In this document: piece by piece, positions 1 through 16,009 of the stretch | Layout: every line of letters starts with the position of its first letter | Position numbering within the stretch: position 1 is the stretch's first letter | Virus record (IMG/VR): IMGVR_UViG_2721755777_000003 | Coordinates: 106,096-126,095 of that record | Origin: an uncultured virus (IMG/VR IMGVR_UViG_2721755777_000003) | Taxonomy: Duplodnaviria > Heunggongvirae > Uroviricota > Caudoviricetes | Length of the DNA stretch: 20,000 nt | Reading direction: 5' to 3' (one strand) | Notes under the pieces: generated by a model | What the model saw: the letters and a program-made list of their open reading frames with translations, nothing else | Databases searched by the model: none | Told to the model about the DNA's origin: nothing | Program-made: the position numbers and the translations under genes

Positions 1-158
1 ATACTAAAGCAGATAGGAATCAATTCGGGTCTAAACAGATTGATGAATCCAAAATCAGTGATGGTAAGGTTCTTGTTTACAACGGAAGTACCGGTAAACT
101 TGAATACGGAAAGATTAAGAAAAGCCTGCTGGGAGACATATCAATTGATTTGCTTTAG
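1..158 (+). CDS. 3' end of an upstream gene (partial), possibly virion/fibre-related
   Basis: Open frame from nt 3 reads TKADRNQFGSKQIDESKISDGKVLVYNGSTGKLEYGKIKKSLLGDISIDLL, with stop TAG at 156-158. Missing from the ORF track because it is truncated. Confidence 0.6.
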   Translation, partial: TKADRNQFGSKQIDESKISDGKVLVYNGSTGKLEYGKIKKSLLGDISIDLL

Positions 159-195
159 GCAGCACTCTTTATGAAATCCCTCTTTTATTCAGAAT

Positions 196-221
196 CAAAA
201 TCCTTCAATTGAGGGATTTTG
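196..221. terminator. Hairpin, possible intrinsic terminator
   Basis: CAAAATCCTTC-AATT-GAGGGATTTTG inverted repeat (one G-U pair) downstream of the partial ORF; weak U tract. Confidence 0.45.
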
Positions 222-280
222 CTTATGGATAAAACTTAAACATGTTTCCATATTTGACGATAATATGGAGAGGTGATTGT

Positions 281-754
281 ATGGAAGCAGTTAAGGCCTA
301 TAAGAATATTTATAAACATAAATTTGCTGAAAAATTAATATGCTCCAGTAATGAAGAGCTCCTTAAATTTATCGAAGAAGAATTCCCTAGAAAGCCTATC
401 AGTTCTTATAATACTTACAAACAAAAAATAGAGGCACTGAGCACCTTAGATGACACAGAATTAAATTTAGCAATAGCTAGAATGACCAATATTGAAAATA
501 TACACGATCACACCAAACTTTGGCCTGTTGGAAGTTTATTAGTAGCCACCTCTTTTATTGCTCTACAAATCATATTAAAAGTGAATATAACAAAAATAGA
601 TAAAGACAACTATCTTAACGCTTTGTACTATGTTTTGTTGGCTATGGCTGTGTGTTTATCATTCTTATTAAGTATGCAAAAAGAAAGAAAAAAAGTAGTA
701 ACGGCAAGCTTTTTCAAGGAATTGTTGATTCAAATTAAGTCAGATAAGGATTAA
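281..754 (+). CDS. yomK: YomK-like small membrane protein (157 aa, two predicted TM helices)
   Basis: SD GGAGAGGTG precedes ATG 281, preferred over 242. Two hydrophobic segments (VGSLLVATSFIALQIIL; ALYYVLLAMAVCLSFLLSM). Lies directly upstream of yomJ and resembles SPbeta YomK as recalled. Confidence 0.55.
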   Translation: MEAVKAYKNIYKHKFAEKLICSSNEELLKFIEEEFPRKPISSYNTYKQKIEALSTLDDTELNLAIARMTNIENIHDHTKLWPVGSLLVATSFIALQIILKVNITKIDKDNYLNALYYVLLAMAVCLSFLLSMQKERKKVVTASFFKELLIQIKSDKD

Positions 755-764
755 TGTTGGGTTA

Positions 765-793
765 TTCTAACTTACTGGAAACCATGATATAAT
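765..793 (+). promoter_or_regulatory. sigmaA-type promoter with extended -10 for the yomJ-like gene
   Basis: TTCTAA (765-770), 17 bp spacer, TATAAT (788-793), with TG at 785-786 (TGnTATAAT). Confidence 0.65.
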
Positions 794-821
794 GTAGGAA
801 AATAATACTGGTGGTGGTTGG

Positions 822-1502
822 ATGGGTTATAAGATTATGGCTTATGGCGGCTATTTTTTATTCAGCCTTTTCTTCTGTTTAATGGATGGTTGGAAACCTC
901 TGGGAGTTTGCTTGACAATCCTAGGCTTACTTATATTAGCTACTGAACCGTACAGGATAAAATCCGCAGCACTTGCAGATAAGATTAGAAAAAATGCTGA
1001 AATGCTAAAGGCCTACGATAGCGAATTTAATCCTGATAATTTCTTTAGCACTTATAAAACCAAAATTGCTTATAATGAAGATAAGAGTATTCTTAAGGTA
1101 TATCAGCTTAATGGCGAAGAAATAAACGAGTATGTTATCCCTTTTGACCAAATTATTCAATCTGAAATCTCACTGGATGATCAGGTGATTTCGAAGGTTG
1201 CCAAATCAGGGATTATTGCTGGAGGATTATTAGGTGGTGGAATCGGTGCAGCAATTGGCGGTTTGTCAGCCTCCTCTACTCAAACAGAAATGGTGAAGTC
1301 AATTACGCTTAAAATTACAGTCGAAAACCTCAAAAATCCTATACACTATATCCACTTCCTTCCTTCTCGTGAGGATGATGGATATGAACCTCAAGGTTAT
1401 AAAAAAGACGGTAATATAATTCAACAGGCTTTGAAAAACGCCGAATATTGGCAAAGTGTTATGGATGTAATTATCAAGAAAACAAGTACAGTCGCTCAAT
1501 AA
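822..1502 (+). CDS. yomJ: YomJ-like membrane protein (SPbeta YomJ; reported as related to the phi3T immunity 'd' protein)
   Basis: 226 aa with N-terminal TM helices and a glycine-zipper GIIAGGLLGGGIGAAIGGL. Sequence, size and position upstream of cwlP match recalled YomJ. Confidence 0.8.
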   Translation: MGYKIMAYGGYFLFSLFFCLMDGWKPLGVCLTILGLLILATEPYRIKSAALADKIRKNAEMLKAYDSEFNPDNFFSTYKTKIAYNEDKSILKVYQLNGEEINEYVIPFDQIIQSEISLDDQVISKVAKSGIIAGGLLGGGIGAAIGGLSASSTQTEMVKSITLKITVENLKNPIHYIHFLPSREDDGYEPQGYKKDGNIIQQALKNAEYWQSVMDVIIKKTSTVAQ

Positions 1503-1518
1503 TTTGAGTGGCTTTTTT
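1490..1518 (+). terminator. Rho-independent terminator after yomJ
   Basis: AGTCGCTCAA-TAAT-TTGAGTGGCT stem (G-U pairs) followed by a T run. Confidence 0.75.
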
Positions 1519-1560
1519 ATTTGCTCTGATTAGCCCCACTTGAAAGGATGTGACTTATTT

Positions 1561-4500
1561 TTGAGTCAAGATTTAAAAATAATATTGACCCCAAAAGCTG
1601 ATACCTCCTCAAAGACTGTCGAACAGTTAAATCAGCAAATTAAATCTTTAGAGAAAAAGCTTAATTCCCTTAATTTAAAGACCAATATTGATGCCTCTGC
1701 TTTAAAGACTCTCAACGACTTCTCCTCTGCGGTTGACACTTACCAAAAACATCTCAAATCCTTCAATCAAACAATTAAAGAAACTACAATGATTACCAGA
1801 AATGCTGATGGTACTGTTGAAAAACTTACGCAGCAGTATAAGAAAAATGGCGAAATCATTCAGCGTGAAACAAAGACCATAGACAATCGCAATCAATCAT
1901 TACGAGAACAAACGCAAGAAGTTAACAGGCTTGCTCAAGCGACTGAAAAACTAGGTCAGGTACAGAAAAGAACAGAACAGAAGAATTCTCAAGGACAAAC
2001 AACGAGGGTTACTCAAAAGAACCGCAATGGCTTCGATGATATAACATATACGACTGATCCAAAAACAAACGCTACTACGTCAAAAGTAACAACGAATTAT
2101 GATCAACAACGAAAAGCTATTGAACAATTAAAGCTAGATTTAGAAAAACTTAGACAGCAAGGAATTGTAACTGACACCACCCTCTCTTCTCTTGGACGGA
2201 AATTAAACACTGCTCAAACAGCTCAACAAATTGAAGCATTACAAAACAGAATTAAAATGCTCGATGATAAGTCTGCTGCTGTAGCTAAAAATAATGAACT
2301 CCGAAAAACTATTGAGCTTTATCAACGGCAAGCGCAGGTAAACGTACAAAACCTTAATACGCGTTATGGCGATACGATGGGCGCTGGAAGTAGACAAGCT
2401 ATCCAAGAATATCTGAATGAAGTTAATAGTCTTAACGTAAGTGTCGGCGGAAGCAATATCAGATCTCAAATGCAAAGCTTGAACATGCAATTCAGGGAAT
2501 TGGCTTCAAATGCGCAATCAGCAGCTAGTCAAGCCTCTTCTTTCGGCGCGGAGCTAACACAAGCTTTCAAAAGTATGTCTACATATTTAATCTCTGGTTC
2601 TTTGTTCTACGGCGCTATATCTGGACTCAAGGAAATGGTATCTCAGGCTGTTGAAATTGATACTCTAATGACAAACATCAGACGTGTGATGAATGAGCCT
2701 GATTACAAGTACAATGAACTTCTTCAAGAGTCAATCGATTTAGGTGACACACTTTCAAACAAAATCACTGACATTCTCCAAATGACCGGTGATTTCGGGC
2801 GTATGGGCTTCGATGAAAGTGAATTGTCCACTCTAACAAAAACCGCCCAGGTTCTACAAAACGTCTCTGACTTAACTCCTGATGACACAGTTAACACTTT
2901 AACTGCCGCCATGTTAAACTTCAATATTGCAGCCAATGATACAATTTCAATTGCAGACAAGCTAAATGAAGTGGATAACAATTACGCAGTAACTACTCTT
3001 GATCTGGCCAATTCTATTCGGAAAGCAGGAAGCACCGCTTCGACTTTCGGCGTTGAATTAAACGATCTGATTGGTTATACTACAGCAATTGCAAGTACCA
3101 CTCGTGAATCAGGAAACGTTGTTGGTAACTCACTTAAAACTATTTTTGCCCGGATAGGAAACAACCGAAGCGCAATCAAAGCGTTGGATGAAATCGGAAT
3201 TTCTGTAAAGACTGCAGGTGGAGAAGCAAAATCTGCGAGTGAGTTGATTAATGAGGTAGCAGCCAAATGGAACACATTAACTGATGCTCAAAGACAAAAC
3301 ACTTCTATTGGCGTTGCGAATATCCATCAATTGTCTCGATTTAATGCCTTAATGAACAACTTCTCTATCGCCCAAAATGCCGCAACAACTGCTTCTAATT
3401 CTGCAGGTAGCGCTTGGAGCGAACAACAGAAATACGCAGATAGCTTACAAGCAAGATTAAATAAACTTCAAAACAATTTCACCGAATTGGCTATAGCTTC
3501 ATCGGATGCCTTTATTAGCGACGGATTGATTGAGTTCACTCAAGCTCTGGGTTCTTTGTTAAAAGCATCTACTGGAATAATAAACACTGTTGGTTTCCTC
3601 CCCCCTCTTTTTGTAACGATTAGCACCGCTACATTGTTACTCAGTAAAAACACTCGAACTTTAGCTACTACTCTTATATTTGGCTCAAAAGCAATGAGAC
3701 AAGAAGCATTAGCTAGCATCGGATTAGAAGCAGGTATGACCCGCGCTGCTATTGCATCAAGGGTTTTGAAAACTGCTCTTAGAGGGCTTCTGGTTTCCTC
3801 AGTGGTTGGGGTTGCATTTGTTGCACTGGGCTTTGCTTTAGAAAGCGTAGTTTCATCATTCGCAGATGCCAAAAAAGCTAAAGATGATTTTGAACAGAGT
3901 CAACAGACTAATGTTGAAGCAATTACAACCAACAAAGACTCCACAGATAAACTGATCAAACAGTACAAAGAGCTTCAAAAAGCTAAGGAATCAAGAACCC
4001 TTTCATCAGACGAAGAACAAGAATACCTTCAAGTTACTCAGCAATTGGCTCAGACATTCCCCGCTTTAATTCAAGGTTATGACTCTCAAGGAAATGCAAT
4101 TTTAAAAAGTAATAAAGCTTTAGAAGAAGCTATTGAGAACACTAAAGAATACCTTGAACTTAAAAAGACGGAAACTAAAGACAGCGCCAAGAAAACTTTC
4201 GAGGACGCTTCTAAAGAAATTAAAAAGTCTAAAGATGAGTTGAAGCAATACAAACAAATTGCTGATTATAATGATAAAGGCAGACCAAAATGGGACTTCC
4301 TTGCTGATGATGAAGATTATAAAATCGCTGCAGATAAAGCGAAGCAAGGTATGCTTAAAGCACAATCTGACATAGCAAGTGGAAATGCAAAGGTTAGAGA
4401 CAGTGTTCTCTCAATCGCCCAAGCATACAGTTCTATAGATATCAGCAATACTTTAAAAACGAGTATCAATGACATTGTAGGTAAACTCACTTTAAAAGAT

Positions 4501-7500
4501 GATTTGAATCCTGATGATCTCGATAAATTCTCTTCTGCATTGGGTAAACTCCAAGAGAAAATGCAATCGGCATTGAATTCAAACGATGAAAAAGCATTTG
4601 ATAGCGCGAAAAAGGATCTGCAAACCCTTTTGGAGACCTATTCAAAATCCGGTTCTTCTATTGATGTCTTTAAGTTGAGTTTTGATAAGGCACAAAAGAA
4701 CATTAAAGATGGAGATAAGGCCATTTCTTCTGTTAAATCGGAAGTTGGTGATTTAGGGGAAACTCTTGCTGAGGCAGGTAACCAAGCTGAAGATTTTGGT
4801 CAAAAGCTCAAAGAAGCACTTGACGCAAATGATATCAGTCAGATTAAAGATGTAATCAAAGGCATGTCAGAATCAATGCAGTTTGACTCTGTTCAAGGCA
4901 TTCTTAACGGGGATATTTTTAATAACACCAAAGAACAAGTTGCTCCTTTAAATGAACTTTTAGAAAAGATGGCTGAAGGAAAGAGCATTTCTGCCAATGA
5001 AGCTAATGCTCTAATCCAAAAAGATAAAGAATTAGCCAAAGCAATAAGTTATGAAAATGGTGTTATAAAGGTTAACCGAGATGAAGTAATTCGTCAGCGA
5101 AAAGTTAAGCTCGATGCCTATAATGACATGGTTCAATATAGCAATAAGCTAATGAAAACTGAAGTCAATAATGCCATTAAAACCTTAAACGCTGATTCTT
5201 TACGAATTGACAGCCTTAGAAAGCTTCGGAGAGAGCGTAAGCTCGATATATCCGAGGCAGAATTGTCTCAGCTCGAAGTTAAATCAATTAATAATGTAGC
5301 TGATGCGAAGAAAGAATTACATAAGATTGAAGAAAAAATGTTGCAACCTGGTGGATTTTCTAACAGCCAAATCTCTGCAATGGATAGCGTTAGAGCTGCT
5401 CTTAAATCCTACATCTCAGCATCTGAAGAAGCTACATCTACTCAGGAAACAAACAAACAAGCGTTAATAGAATCAGGTACTTCCCTTGAAAAATGGACAG
5501 ACGAGCAAGAGAAAGCAAATGAAGAAACCAAAACGTCCATGTACGTGGCTGATAAATACAAGGAAGCTCTGGAGAAAGTTAATGCTGAAGTCGAAAAGTA
5601 CAATAAGCAAGTAAACGACTATCCAAAGTATTCCCAAAGTTATCGAAATGCCCTGCAGAAAGAAATTAAAGCTCTTCAACAAAAGAAAAAACTTATGCAG
5701 GAGCAAGCCAAACTCCTCAAGGATCAAATTAAGTCAGGGAACATTGCACAATACGGTATAGTTACCTCTTCCCTTTCCTCTGGTTCATCTTCTGGTGGTT
5801 CTTACACTTCTGGCGGTGGGTCTTACTCCGGTAAATACTCCAGCTACATTAATTCTGCCGCAAGCAAATATGGTGTCGATCCAGCTCTAATTGCAGCTGT
5901 AATCCAACAAGAATCAGGATTCAACTCAAGAGCTCGTTCTGGAGCAGGCGCAGCCGGATTAATGCAGTTGATGCCTTCCACTGCTAAAAGCTTAGGCGTA
6001 AACAATGTTTATGATCCTTATCAGAGCATTATGGGTGGCACGAAATATTTAGCCCAACAACTAAACAAATTTGGTGGCAATGTTGAAAAAGCACTTGCTG
6101 CTTATAACGCAGGGCCTGGTAATGTAATTAAATATGGTGGAGTCCCTCCCTTCAAAGAAACTCAGAATTATGTTCAGAAGATCATGTCAAATTACACCAA
6201 GTCAATGACTTCTGCTAATTCCTCCATTGCAAGCTACTACACGAAGAACAGTGCGTTTAGAATAAGTTCTAAATATAATGCGCAAGATGGCGCTTACCGA
6301 TCAACTCCACATAAAGGTATCGACTTCGCAGCAAAAGCTGGAACCGCAATTAAATCGGTTCAGAGTGGAAAAGTTCAAATTGCTGGTTATAGCAAGACTG
6401 CCGGTAACTGGGTTGTCATTCAGCAGGATGATGGAAAAGTTGCTAAGTATATGCATATGCTTAATACCCCTTCTGTTAAAGCCGGTCAAACTGTTAAAGC
6501 TGGTCAGACCATCGGTAAAGTTGGCAGTACGGGTAATTCAACAGGAAATCACCTTCATCTTCAAATTGAGGAAAACGGAAAGACAATTGACCCTGAGAAG
6601 TATTTAAAAGGTGTCGGTACATCTATTTCAGATGCATCCCAAGCCGAAGCTGAACGACAACAAGCAATAGCGCAAGCTAAATCCGACCTCCTCTCCCTCC
6701 AAGGCGACATTGACTCAGTAAACGATCAGATACAAGAACTCAGATATGAAATCGTTCAGTCGAAACTTGATGAGTATGACAAGCGCATTGGTGATTTTGA
6801 TGTAAGAATCGCTAAAGACAAAGCCCTCGCTAGTCATTATCTGAGCGACAGTAAAGAATTCCGCAAGTATACAAACGATCAGAAAAAAGCTTTAACTGAA
6901 CAGCAAAAGATTCAGAGTCAGAAGGTTTCTTTTATTGAAAAAGAAATCAAAACAAACAAAACTCTGAATGCCGCTCAAAGAGCACAGCTTGCTGAGGAAT
7001 TAAAACAAGCTAAGATTGATCTCATCAATTTCCAAGAAGAAGTAAGAGAACTTCAGGGACAGCTCATCCAATCCAAAGTTGATGAAACGCTTAACGGCAT
7101 AGAGAAATCAACCAAGAAAACTGAATCCAAGCTTAAAGATGTTGGAAACAAAATATCCATGACCGAGGAAGATAAAGACAAGGTTAAATATTATAGCCAA
7201 CAGATTAAGCTTATTCAGCAACAACAGACTGAAGCGAAGAAGTATATCAAACAGTTGGAAGCACAAAAGAAAGCTGCTAAAGGGTTCCCAGATATTCAGA
7301 AACAAATCACAGAGGAGATTGAAAATTGGAAAGATAAGCAGAAGGATTACAACCTAGAGCTTTACAACACAAAGAAATCAATCAAAGATGTGTACAAATC
7401 TCTTGCTGATGAAGTTGTCTCCATCTACAAAGAGATGTACGAAAAGATGCGTGATATTGAATTAAAAGCGCATCAAAAAGCTACGCAAGACTTGATTGAT

Positions 7501-8451
7501 GAGATTGATAAAACTGATGATGAAGCTAAATACCAAAAAGAGCTCAAAGAAAAGAATCAGGCTATTCAGGAAACCAAAGATAAACTAAACAAACTATCCC
7601 TTGATGACTCTGATGAAGCAAAATCACAGGTTAAAGACTTGGAAAAGCAACTTCAAGAACAGCAAGAAGCATTAGATGAGTTTCTTAAAGATCGTGAAAA
7701 CAGTAAACGAAAAGAATCGTTACAAGATCAGCTTCAAAAAGATGAAGATTCAATTAACAAGAAATACGATGATCTCGTTAATGATGAGCGTGGGTTTAAG
7801 GAACTTGAGAAAAAGCTAATGGATGGCAAAATTACCGATATTGCTAAGCAACTGAATGAATTCTCTAAGTTCATTAACAGCAATATGGAGTCCATTGGGA
7901 AAAGCATCTCTAATAACCTTATCGATAAGCTTAAAGAAGCTTCTAATGCCCTTAATACTGTGACCAAGGGTAATAAAACTGGAAAAAAGGTATCTTCTTT
8001 TGCATCGGGCGGATATACAGGAACAGGACTAGGTGCAGGTAAGCTCGCCTTCCTACACGATAAAGAGCTCATCCTTAATAAAACCGACACTGCAAATATC
8101 TTGGATACAGTAAAAACTGTACGTGAGAACAATGCTCCAAAAGAAGAGACACCTAAATGGGGTCAAGATGGGAAATTAGCAGCCTTGATTAACAAAGGGA
8201 TTACTTCTATTCCATCAATAATTCCGAATATTAATCAATCCAGTCTTTCTAATAGTTTGATACCGAGTATTCAAAGCCTCTCTTCCCCACCAGATGCTAC
8301 TAAGTCAGTAAACGGCACTGTAAACAACAATAATTTTAAAGCTACATTTAACATTAATGAATCAGAAAATCCTCAGAAAACAGCTGATTTTGTATTCAAT
8401 AAATTTGCAAATGGTCTTAAAAACAAGGGCATAAATTTCAACAACTCATGA
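1561..8451 (+). CDS. cwlP: Tail tape measure protein with lytic transglycosylase (SLT) and M23 endopeptidase domains (CwlP/YomI)
   Basis: Likely TTG start at 1561 ([22 protein letters not shown], CwlP-like N-terminus). TP901-type tape measure core and long coiled coils. Ser/Gly linker at ~5764-5830. SLT motifs [25 protein letters not shown] and ALAAYNAG (~5830-6195). M23 motifs HKGID, YMHM and HLH (~6280-6600). Confidence 0.95.
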   Translation: MSQDLKIILTPKADTSSKTVEQLNQQIKSLEKKLNSLNLKTNIDASALKTLNDFSSAVDTYQKHLKSFNQTIKETTMITRNADGTVEKLTQQYKKNGEIIQRETKTIDNRNQSLREQTQEVNRLAQATEKLGQVQKRTEQKNSQGQTTRVTQKNRNGFDDITYTTDPKTNATTSKVTTNYDQQRKAIEQLKLDLEKLRQQGIVTDTTLSSLGRKLNTAQTAQQIEALQNRIKMLDDKSAAVAKNNELRKTIELYQRQAQVNVQNLNTRYGDTMGAGSRQAIQEYLNEVNSLNVSVGGSNIRSQMQSLNMQFRELASNAQSAASQASSFGAELTQAFKSMSTYLISGSLFYGAISGLKEMVSQAVEIDTLMTNIRRVMNEPDYKYNELLQESIDLGDTLSNKITDILQMTGDFGRMGFDESELSTLTKTAQVLQNVSDLTPDDTVNTLTAAMLNFNIAANDTISIADKLNEVDNNYAVTTLDLANSIRKAGSTASTFGVELNDLIGYTTAIASTTRESGNVVGNSLKTIFARIGNNRSAIKALDEIGISVKTAGGEAKSASELINEVAAKWNTLTDAQRQNTSIGVANIHQLSRFNALMNNFSIAQNAATTASNSAGSAWSEQQKYADSLQARLNKLQNNFTELAIASSDAFISDGLIEFTQALGSLLKASTGIINTVGFLPPLFVTISTATLLLSKNTRTLATTLIFGSKAMRQEALASIGLEAGMTRAAIASRVLKTALRGLLVSSVVGVAFVALGFALESVVSSFADAKKAKDDFEQSQQTNVEAITTNKDSTDKLIKQYKELQKAKESRTLSSDEEQEYLQVTQQLAQTFPALIQGYDSQGNAILKSNKALEEAIENTKEYLELKKTETKDSAKKTFEDASKEIKKSKDELKQYKQIADYNDKGRPKWDFLADDEDYKIAADKAKQGMLKAQSDIASGNAKVRDSVLSIAQAYSSIDISNTLKTSINDIVGKLTLKDDLNPDDLDKFSSALGKLQEKMQSALNSNDEKAFDSAKKDLQTLLETYSKSGSSIDVFKLSFDKAQKNIKDGDKAISSVKSEVGDLGETLAEAGNQAEDFGQKLKEALDANDISQIKDVIKGMSESMQFDSVQGILNGDIFNNTKEQVAPLNELLEKMAEGKSISANEANALIQKDKELAKAISYENGVIKVNRDEVIRQRKVKLDAYNDMVQYSNKLMKTEVNNAIKTLNADSLRIDSLRKLRRERKLDISEAELSQLEVKSINNVADAKKELHKIEEKMLQPGGFSNSQISAMDSVRAALKSYISASEEATSTQETNKQALIESGTSLEKWTDEQEKANEETKTSMYVADKYKEALEKVNAEVEKYNKQVNDYPKYSQSYRNALQKEIKALQQKKKLMQEQAKLLKDQIKSGNIAQYGIVTSSLSSGSSSGGSYTSGGGSYSGKYSSYINSAASKYGVDPALIAAVIQQESGFNSRARSGAGAAGLMQLMPSTAKSLGVNNVYDPYQSIMGGTKYLAQQLNKFGGNVEKALAAYNAGPGNVIKYGGVPPFKETQNYVQKIMSNYTKSMTSANSSIASYYTKNSAFRISSKYNAQDGAYRSTPHKGIDFAAKAGTAIKSVQSGKVQIAGYSKTAGNWVVIQQDDGKVAKYMHMLNTPSVKAGQTVKAGQTIGKVGSTGNSTGNHLHLQIEENGKTIDPEKYLKGVGTSISDASQAEAERQQAIAQAKSDLLSLQGDIDSVNDQIQELRYEIVQSKLDEYDKRIGDFDVRIAKDKALASHYLSDSKEFRKYTNDQKKALTEQQKIQSQKVSFIEKEIKTNKTLNAAQRAQLAEELKQAKIDLINFQEEVRELQGQLIQSKVDETLNGIEKSTKKTESKLKDVGNKISMTEEDKDKVKYYSQQIKLIQQQQTEAKKYIKQLEAQKKAAKGFPDIQKQITEEIENWKDKQKDYNLELYNTKKSIKDVYKSLADEVVSIYKEMYEKMRDIELKAHQKATQDLIDEIDKTDDEAKYQKELKEKNQAIQETKDKLNKLSLDDSDEAKSQVKDLEKQLQEQQEALDEFLKDRENSKRKESLQDQLQKDEDSINKKYDDLVNDERGFKELEKKLMDGKITDIAKQLNEFSKFINSNMESIGKSISNNLIDKLKEASNALNTVTKGNKTGKKVSSFASGGYTGTGLGAGKLAFLHDKELILNKTDTANILDTVKTVRENNAPKEETPKWGQDGKLAALINKGITSIPSIIPNINQSSLSNSLIPSIQSLSSPPDATKSVNGTVNNNNFKATFNINESENPQKTADFVFNKFANGLKNKGINFNNS

Positions 8452-8482
8452 GCCAGTGTATATGCTGGCTCTTCTTATTTTT
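8450..8482 (+). terminator. Terminator-like hairpin after cwlP
   Basis: GAGCCAGT-GTATAT-GCTGGCTC stem-loop followed by TTCTTATTTTT. Confidence 0.6.
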
Positions 8483-8495
8483 GAGGTGATAAAAA

Positions 8496-12568
<4,073 letters not shown>

Positions 12569-12588
12569 GAAAGGACGGTGAATTTAGT

Positions 12589-13404
12589 TTGGATTTTCCT
12601 CAGCTCTATAACGATCCCACCCTTTCTCAAAAAAGGAAGGGCTCAATCAATGACCCTTATTTAAGCTATAGTGAAACTTTAACTGTTTACAATGGTCGAG
12701 TCTTACTTACAGAAGTGCCTAACCGTGAGTACAGAGTCGAGGTTAGTGGTGACAGTAAAGAATGGCGAGAAATTGAAGATGGTGAATTAGAAGACAACTA
12801 CTTTAAGGTTGATTACCTTATGGGAGTTGTCTTTTTCAATGGTTCAAATGAAGGCAAATCACTTACTTTTACATATCAAGGAGAAGGCGCATCCTTCTTC
12901 CCTGCCTCAAGAATTTGGATTAAACGGCAAGGAAATATGGTCATTGAAACACTTCAAGGCTTAATTGATGATGCTGAAGATGCCATTATTCGTATCAACG
13001 AACGTATTGCTGAATGTGAACGTGTCACCAAGAGATGTATTGAAATAACAAATTGGTGCAGACAAGCAACATCAGATTATGAGTATGTAGTTGAAAACAC
13101 TAGGAAGATTTACTTGCCGTTTGTGTACACCTATCAGGATTTATTAAACACTTATCCTTCCCCTCAAATTGGTTGGACTGTCACTGTAAAAGAAACAGGT
13201 ATTGAATATAGATGGGATGGTTTCGACTGGATAAATATTAGCATCTCAGATAAGTATGATGGTTTCAACATTGTTTCTAGCTATGTAGAGCCTTACAACA
13301 TCAGGTCAGTATGGTTGAGAACGAATAATGCTCCCAAAAAGATGAGGATAAAACCATCTGTAGAACCCCCTGACGGAAGCATGGTTTGGATTAGAAAAGG
13401 ATAA
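12589..13404 (+). CDS. yomF: YomF-like tail/baseplate protein
   Basis: 271 aa, TTG start; size and position between the yomG-like and yomE-slot genes. Confidence 0.7.
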   Translation: MDFPQLYNDPTLSQKRKGSINDPYLSYSETLTVYNGRVLLTEVPNREYRVEVSGDSKEWREIEDGELEDNYFKVDYLMGVVFFNGSNEGKSLTFTYQGEGASFFPASRIWIKRQGNMVIETLQGLIDDAEDAIIRINERIAECERVTKRCIEITNWCRQATSDYEYVVENTRKIYLPFVYTYQDLLNTYPSPQIGWTVTVKETGIEYRWDGFDWINISISDKYDGFNIVSSYVEPYNIRSVWLRTNNAPKKMRIKPSVEPPDGSMVWIRKG

Positions 13405-13417
13405 GGAGGAGTATATA

Positions 13418-16009
13418 TTGAACGACAATTTAATTCCCGTAAACACAATGGGTTATATGGACGAAGAAACAGAGCAATGGATACCCATTGATGCTATAGG
13501 GTTAAAATCAAATAATATTAGATATACTGCAGACGATATTCAAGAGGCTTTTGAAAAAGCTTCTAAGGATATTAAAAACGTAATAAACACAGTCGATTCT
13601 GGTTTAACAAATATCACAAACACTATTGGAGACATTTCAAAAATCCCTGCATCCGGTGCAACAATTGTTGATAAAGTCTTAAATGAATTTATCAGACGAA
13701 GTGTCAATGTTCAGGATTTTGGAGCTAAGGGTGATGGTGTCACTGATGACACTGAAGCTTTCAAAGCTGCCTTTGCAAGTGGGAAACGAGAGGTTTTTGT
13801 ACCCGCGGGTATTTATATGGTTCAAGGATTACATATCCCCTCTTATGTCAGACTTTACGGTGTTGGATCAGGATCTATTATCAAACTTCACCCAACTGCT
13901 ACCGGAACATCTTGTGTGTTAACCAATAGCGACTACACAAACGGAAACGAATATATCTTAATTGAAGACTTAGACCTCGATTGGAATTTAGACAAAAAGG
14001 ACAACACCATTACAAATGGAACAAATGCAAACTGTGTGGGTATTGTTAACTCTAAATTTGTTCGGGTTAGAAACGTCAATGCTCGTAATCCAGGTGTACA
14101 CGGTTTTGATGTAAGCTCCCCTGTTTGGAACTCTTCTTCTGATGGAGCAGATCATTATCAGCCAAATGGTAGCAAATATGTTTGGATTGAAAATTGTACT
14201 GCAACTAACTATGGTGATGATGGCTTCACAACTCACTATTCAGACTACATCTTCTTCACTAACTGTTATGCTTATGACGCTAATGGATCCGCCCACAGTA
14301 AAGGAGCTTCAAATTCAAATGGTTTTGAAATTGATGATGGCTCTAAAAATGTGTGGCTTGTGAACTGTTACAGCCGAAAAAACTGCAGAGGTTTTGAAGT
14401 CAAAGCTCACAACAGAGCACCGGCAGCAAGAAACGTAAACCTAATTAACTGCTATTCCGAAAATGATATCCGCGCTTTCGACTTTAGACATATTGGCTTC
14501 CACCTAGCCTCCGAAAAAATCTCCACAAGTGCTTTTGACATTAATGTCGTTAACTGCACTGCACAACACCCTATTTTCAGTGACCTTTACCAAGGTTTAA
14601 ATCCTCGAGCACTTGTTATTTCCGCTTATAGAAATGTCAACGTATCAAACTTCAATGCAATTGGTGATCCGACGTATGATTATAAGAATACTACAGTAAT
14701 CTCTACTCAATATAAGAGCAGAAATATCAACCTAAGCAACATCACTGTTTCGGGGTTTACAACAGCAAGTAACGATATCTATGTAATCGGTGGAGCTCAA
14801 AAATCAGACAATGTAAACATCTCGAATGTAACCATTAATCAATCTGCACTAGTGGGTATTGCTGTTGGAAGTAAAGTTGGCTCAGTCAATATCAGCAACG
14901 TTAACATGACGGGAACAAACAAATCAGGTTCAATTGGCGTTTATTGTACTAACTCCCAGGCCAATATTAATGCTACGATGTGTGAACAATACGCTACTCC
15001 CAGTAAAATTGCCGGGAAAACCTACGCATTTATCCCGAATAATTTCAAAGGTGGTACACGAATTGCGACGACTTCCGGCTACGCTAAAACAAATACTAGC
15101 GTCGTAATGGCATCTTCAGGTGGCGGACAAGCAACTGGTGACGCTTCTGCCGTTATTGCTACAACTGGCGGTTCTAAAGCAGAAGGGCCACGTAATGCAG
15201 TTATTGCTTCCTCTGGTGGATCTAAAACAACAGCTGAAGGAAGTCGCTCATTGGTTGTTGCATCAAATAATTCTTCCATTGAAGGATCAGGATCTTCTAG
15301 GGTTGTTATTGGATCACAATCTGTAATAAACAGAAAAGGGTATACCACTATATGGGGATACGGAACATCAGATACCCCTTCCATCTCGAACATTAAGATA
15401 GAACATGATGCGATGAGAGGAAATATTGCCTTAACCGGTCAGGTTAAAGGCGCTTCAACATTTGCTGATTATGCGGAGTATTTCGAATCTGCAGATGGAA
15501 GAGCAATTCCTACCGGATATATGGTCACACTTGATGGGGACAAAATTAAGAAAGCGAATCTCGGTGACAAGGTATTAGGGGTTATATCTGAAACAGCTGG
15601 TATTGTGCTCGGAGAGTCTTTATTTAATTGGCAAGGAAGATACCTCAAAAATGAATTCGGGGGTCTTATTTATGAAGATAGGGATGTGACATTTGTGGAT
15701 TCGGAAGGTATGCAAAGAACAGAAATAAGAAGGCTACCAAAAGAAAATCCCAACTTCAATGCCAATGAAGAATATGTTCCACGATCTGAACGTCCTGAAT
15801 GGAATATAGTCGGTATGTTTGGACAAATTTTCGTTCGCATTGATGAAACAGTTCAAGACGGCGACAGAATTGTACCCAAAGCCGGCAAAGGATCAAAATC
15901 CTCTGATGCTTCAGGTTATCCGGTAATGAAAATAACAACACCTTATACAAAGGAAAGAGGATATGGTGTCGCTGTTTGCTTAATAACACCCACAGTTTGC
16001 CCTCTTTAA
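13418..16009 (+). CDS. Tailspike/receptor-binding protein: pectate-lyase-like beta-helix plus Peptidase G2 intramolecular chaperone (phi29 gp12 pre-neck appendage-like), in the yomE slot
   Basis: 863 aa, SD AAGGAGGAG plus TTG. VNVQDFGAKGDGVTDDTEAF motif; beta-helix with GDDGFTTH and SNGFEIDDGS; ~16-aa repeats AVIA(S/T)(S/T)GG at ~15100-15320; ADYAEYFES (D at 15467); RSERPEWNIVGMFGQIFVR. Confidence 0.88.
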   Translation: MNDNLIPVNTMGYMDEETEQWIPIDAIGLKSNNIRYTADDIQEAFEKASKDIKNVINTVDSGLTNITNTIGDISKIPASGATIVDKVLNEFIRRSVNVQDFGAKGDGVTDDTEAFKAAFASGKREVFVPAGIYMVQGLHIPSYVRLYGVGSGSIIKLHPTATGTSCVLTNSDYTNGNEYILIEDLDLDWNLDKKDNTITNGTNANCVGIVNSKFVRVRNVNARNPGVHGFDVSSPVWNSSSDGADHYQPNGSKYVWIENCTATNYGDDGFTTHYSDYIFFTNCYAYDANGSAHSKGASNSNGFEIDDGSKNVWLVNCYSRKNCRGFEVKAHNRAPAARNVNLINCYSENDIRAFDFRHIGFHLASEKISTSAFDINVVNCTAQHPIFSDLYQGLNPRALVISAYRNVNVSNFNAIGDPTYDYKNTTVISTQYKSRNINLSNITVSGFTTASNDIYVIGGAQKSDNVNISNVTINQSALVGIAVGSKVGSVNISNVNMTGTNKSGSIGVYCTNSQANINATMCEQYATPSKIAGKTYAFIPNNFKGGTRIATTSGYAKTNTSVVMASSGGGQATGDASAVIATTGGSKAEGPRNAVIASSGGSKTTAEGSRSLVVASNNSSIEGSGSSRVVIGSQSVINRKGYTTIWGYGTSDTPSISNIKIEHDAMRGNIALTGQVKGASTFADYAEYFESADGRAIPTGYMVTLDGDKIKKANLGDKVLGVISETAGIVLGESLFNWQGRYLKNEFGGLIYEDRDVTFVDSEGMQRTEIRRLPKENPNFNANEEYVPRSERPEWNIVGMFGQIFVRIDETVQDGDRIVPKAGKGSKSSDASGYPVMKITTPYTKERGYGVAVCLITPTVCPL

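Noticed and set aside
242..280. ORF-track starts at 242 (likewise 1540 and 16159)
   Set aside because: SD position favours 281, 1561 and 16168 respectively.
5764..5830. TCT/GGT-rich low-complexity tract as a DNA repeat element
   Set aside because: It encodes the Ser/Gly linker before the CwlP SLT domain.
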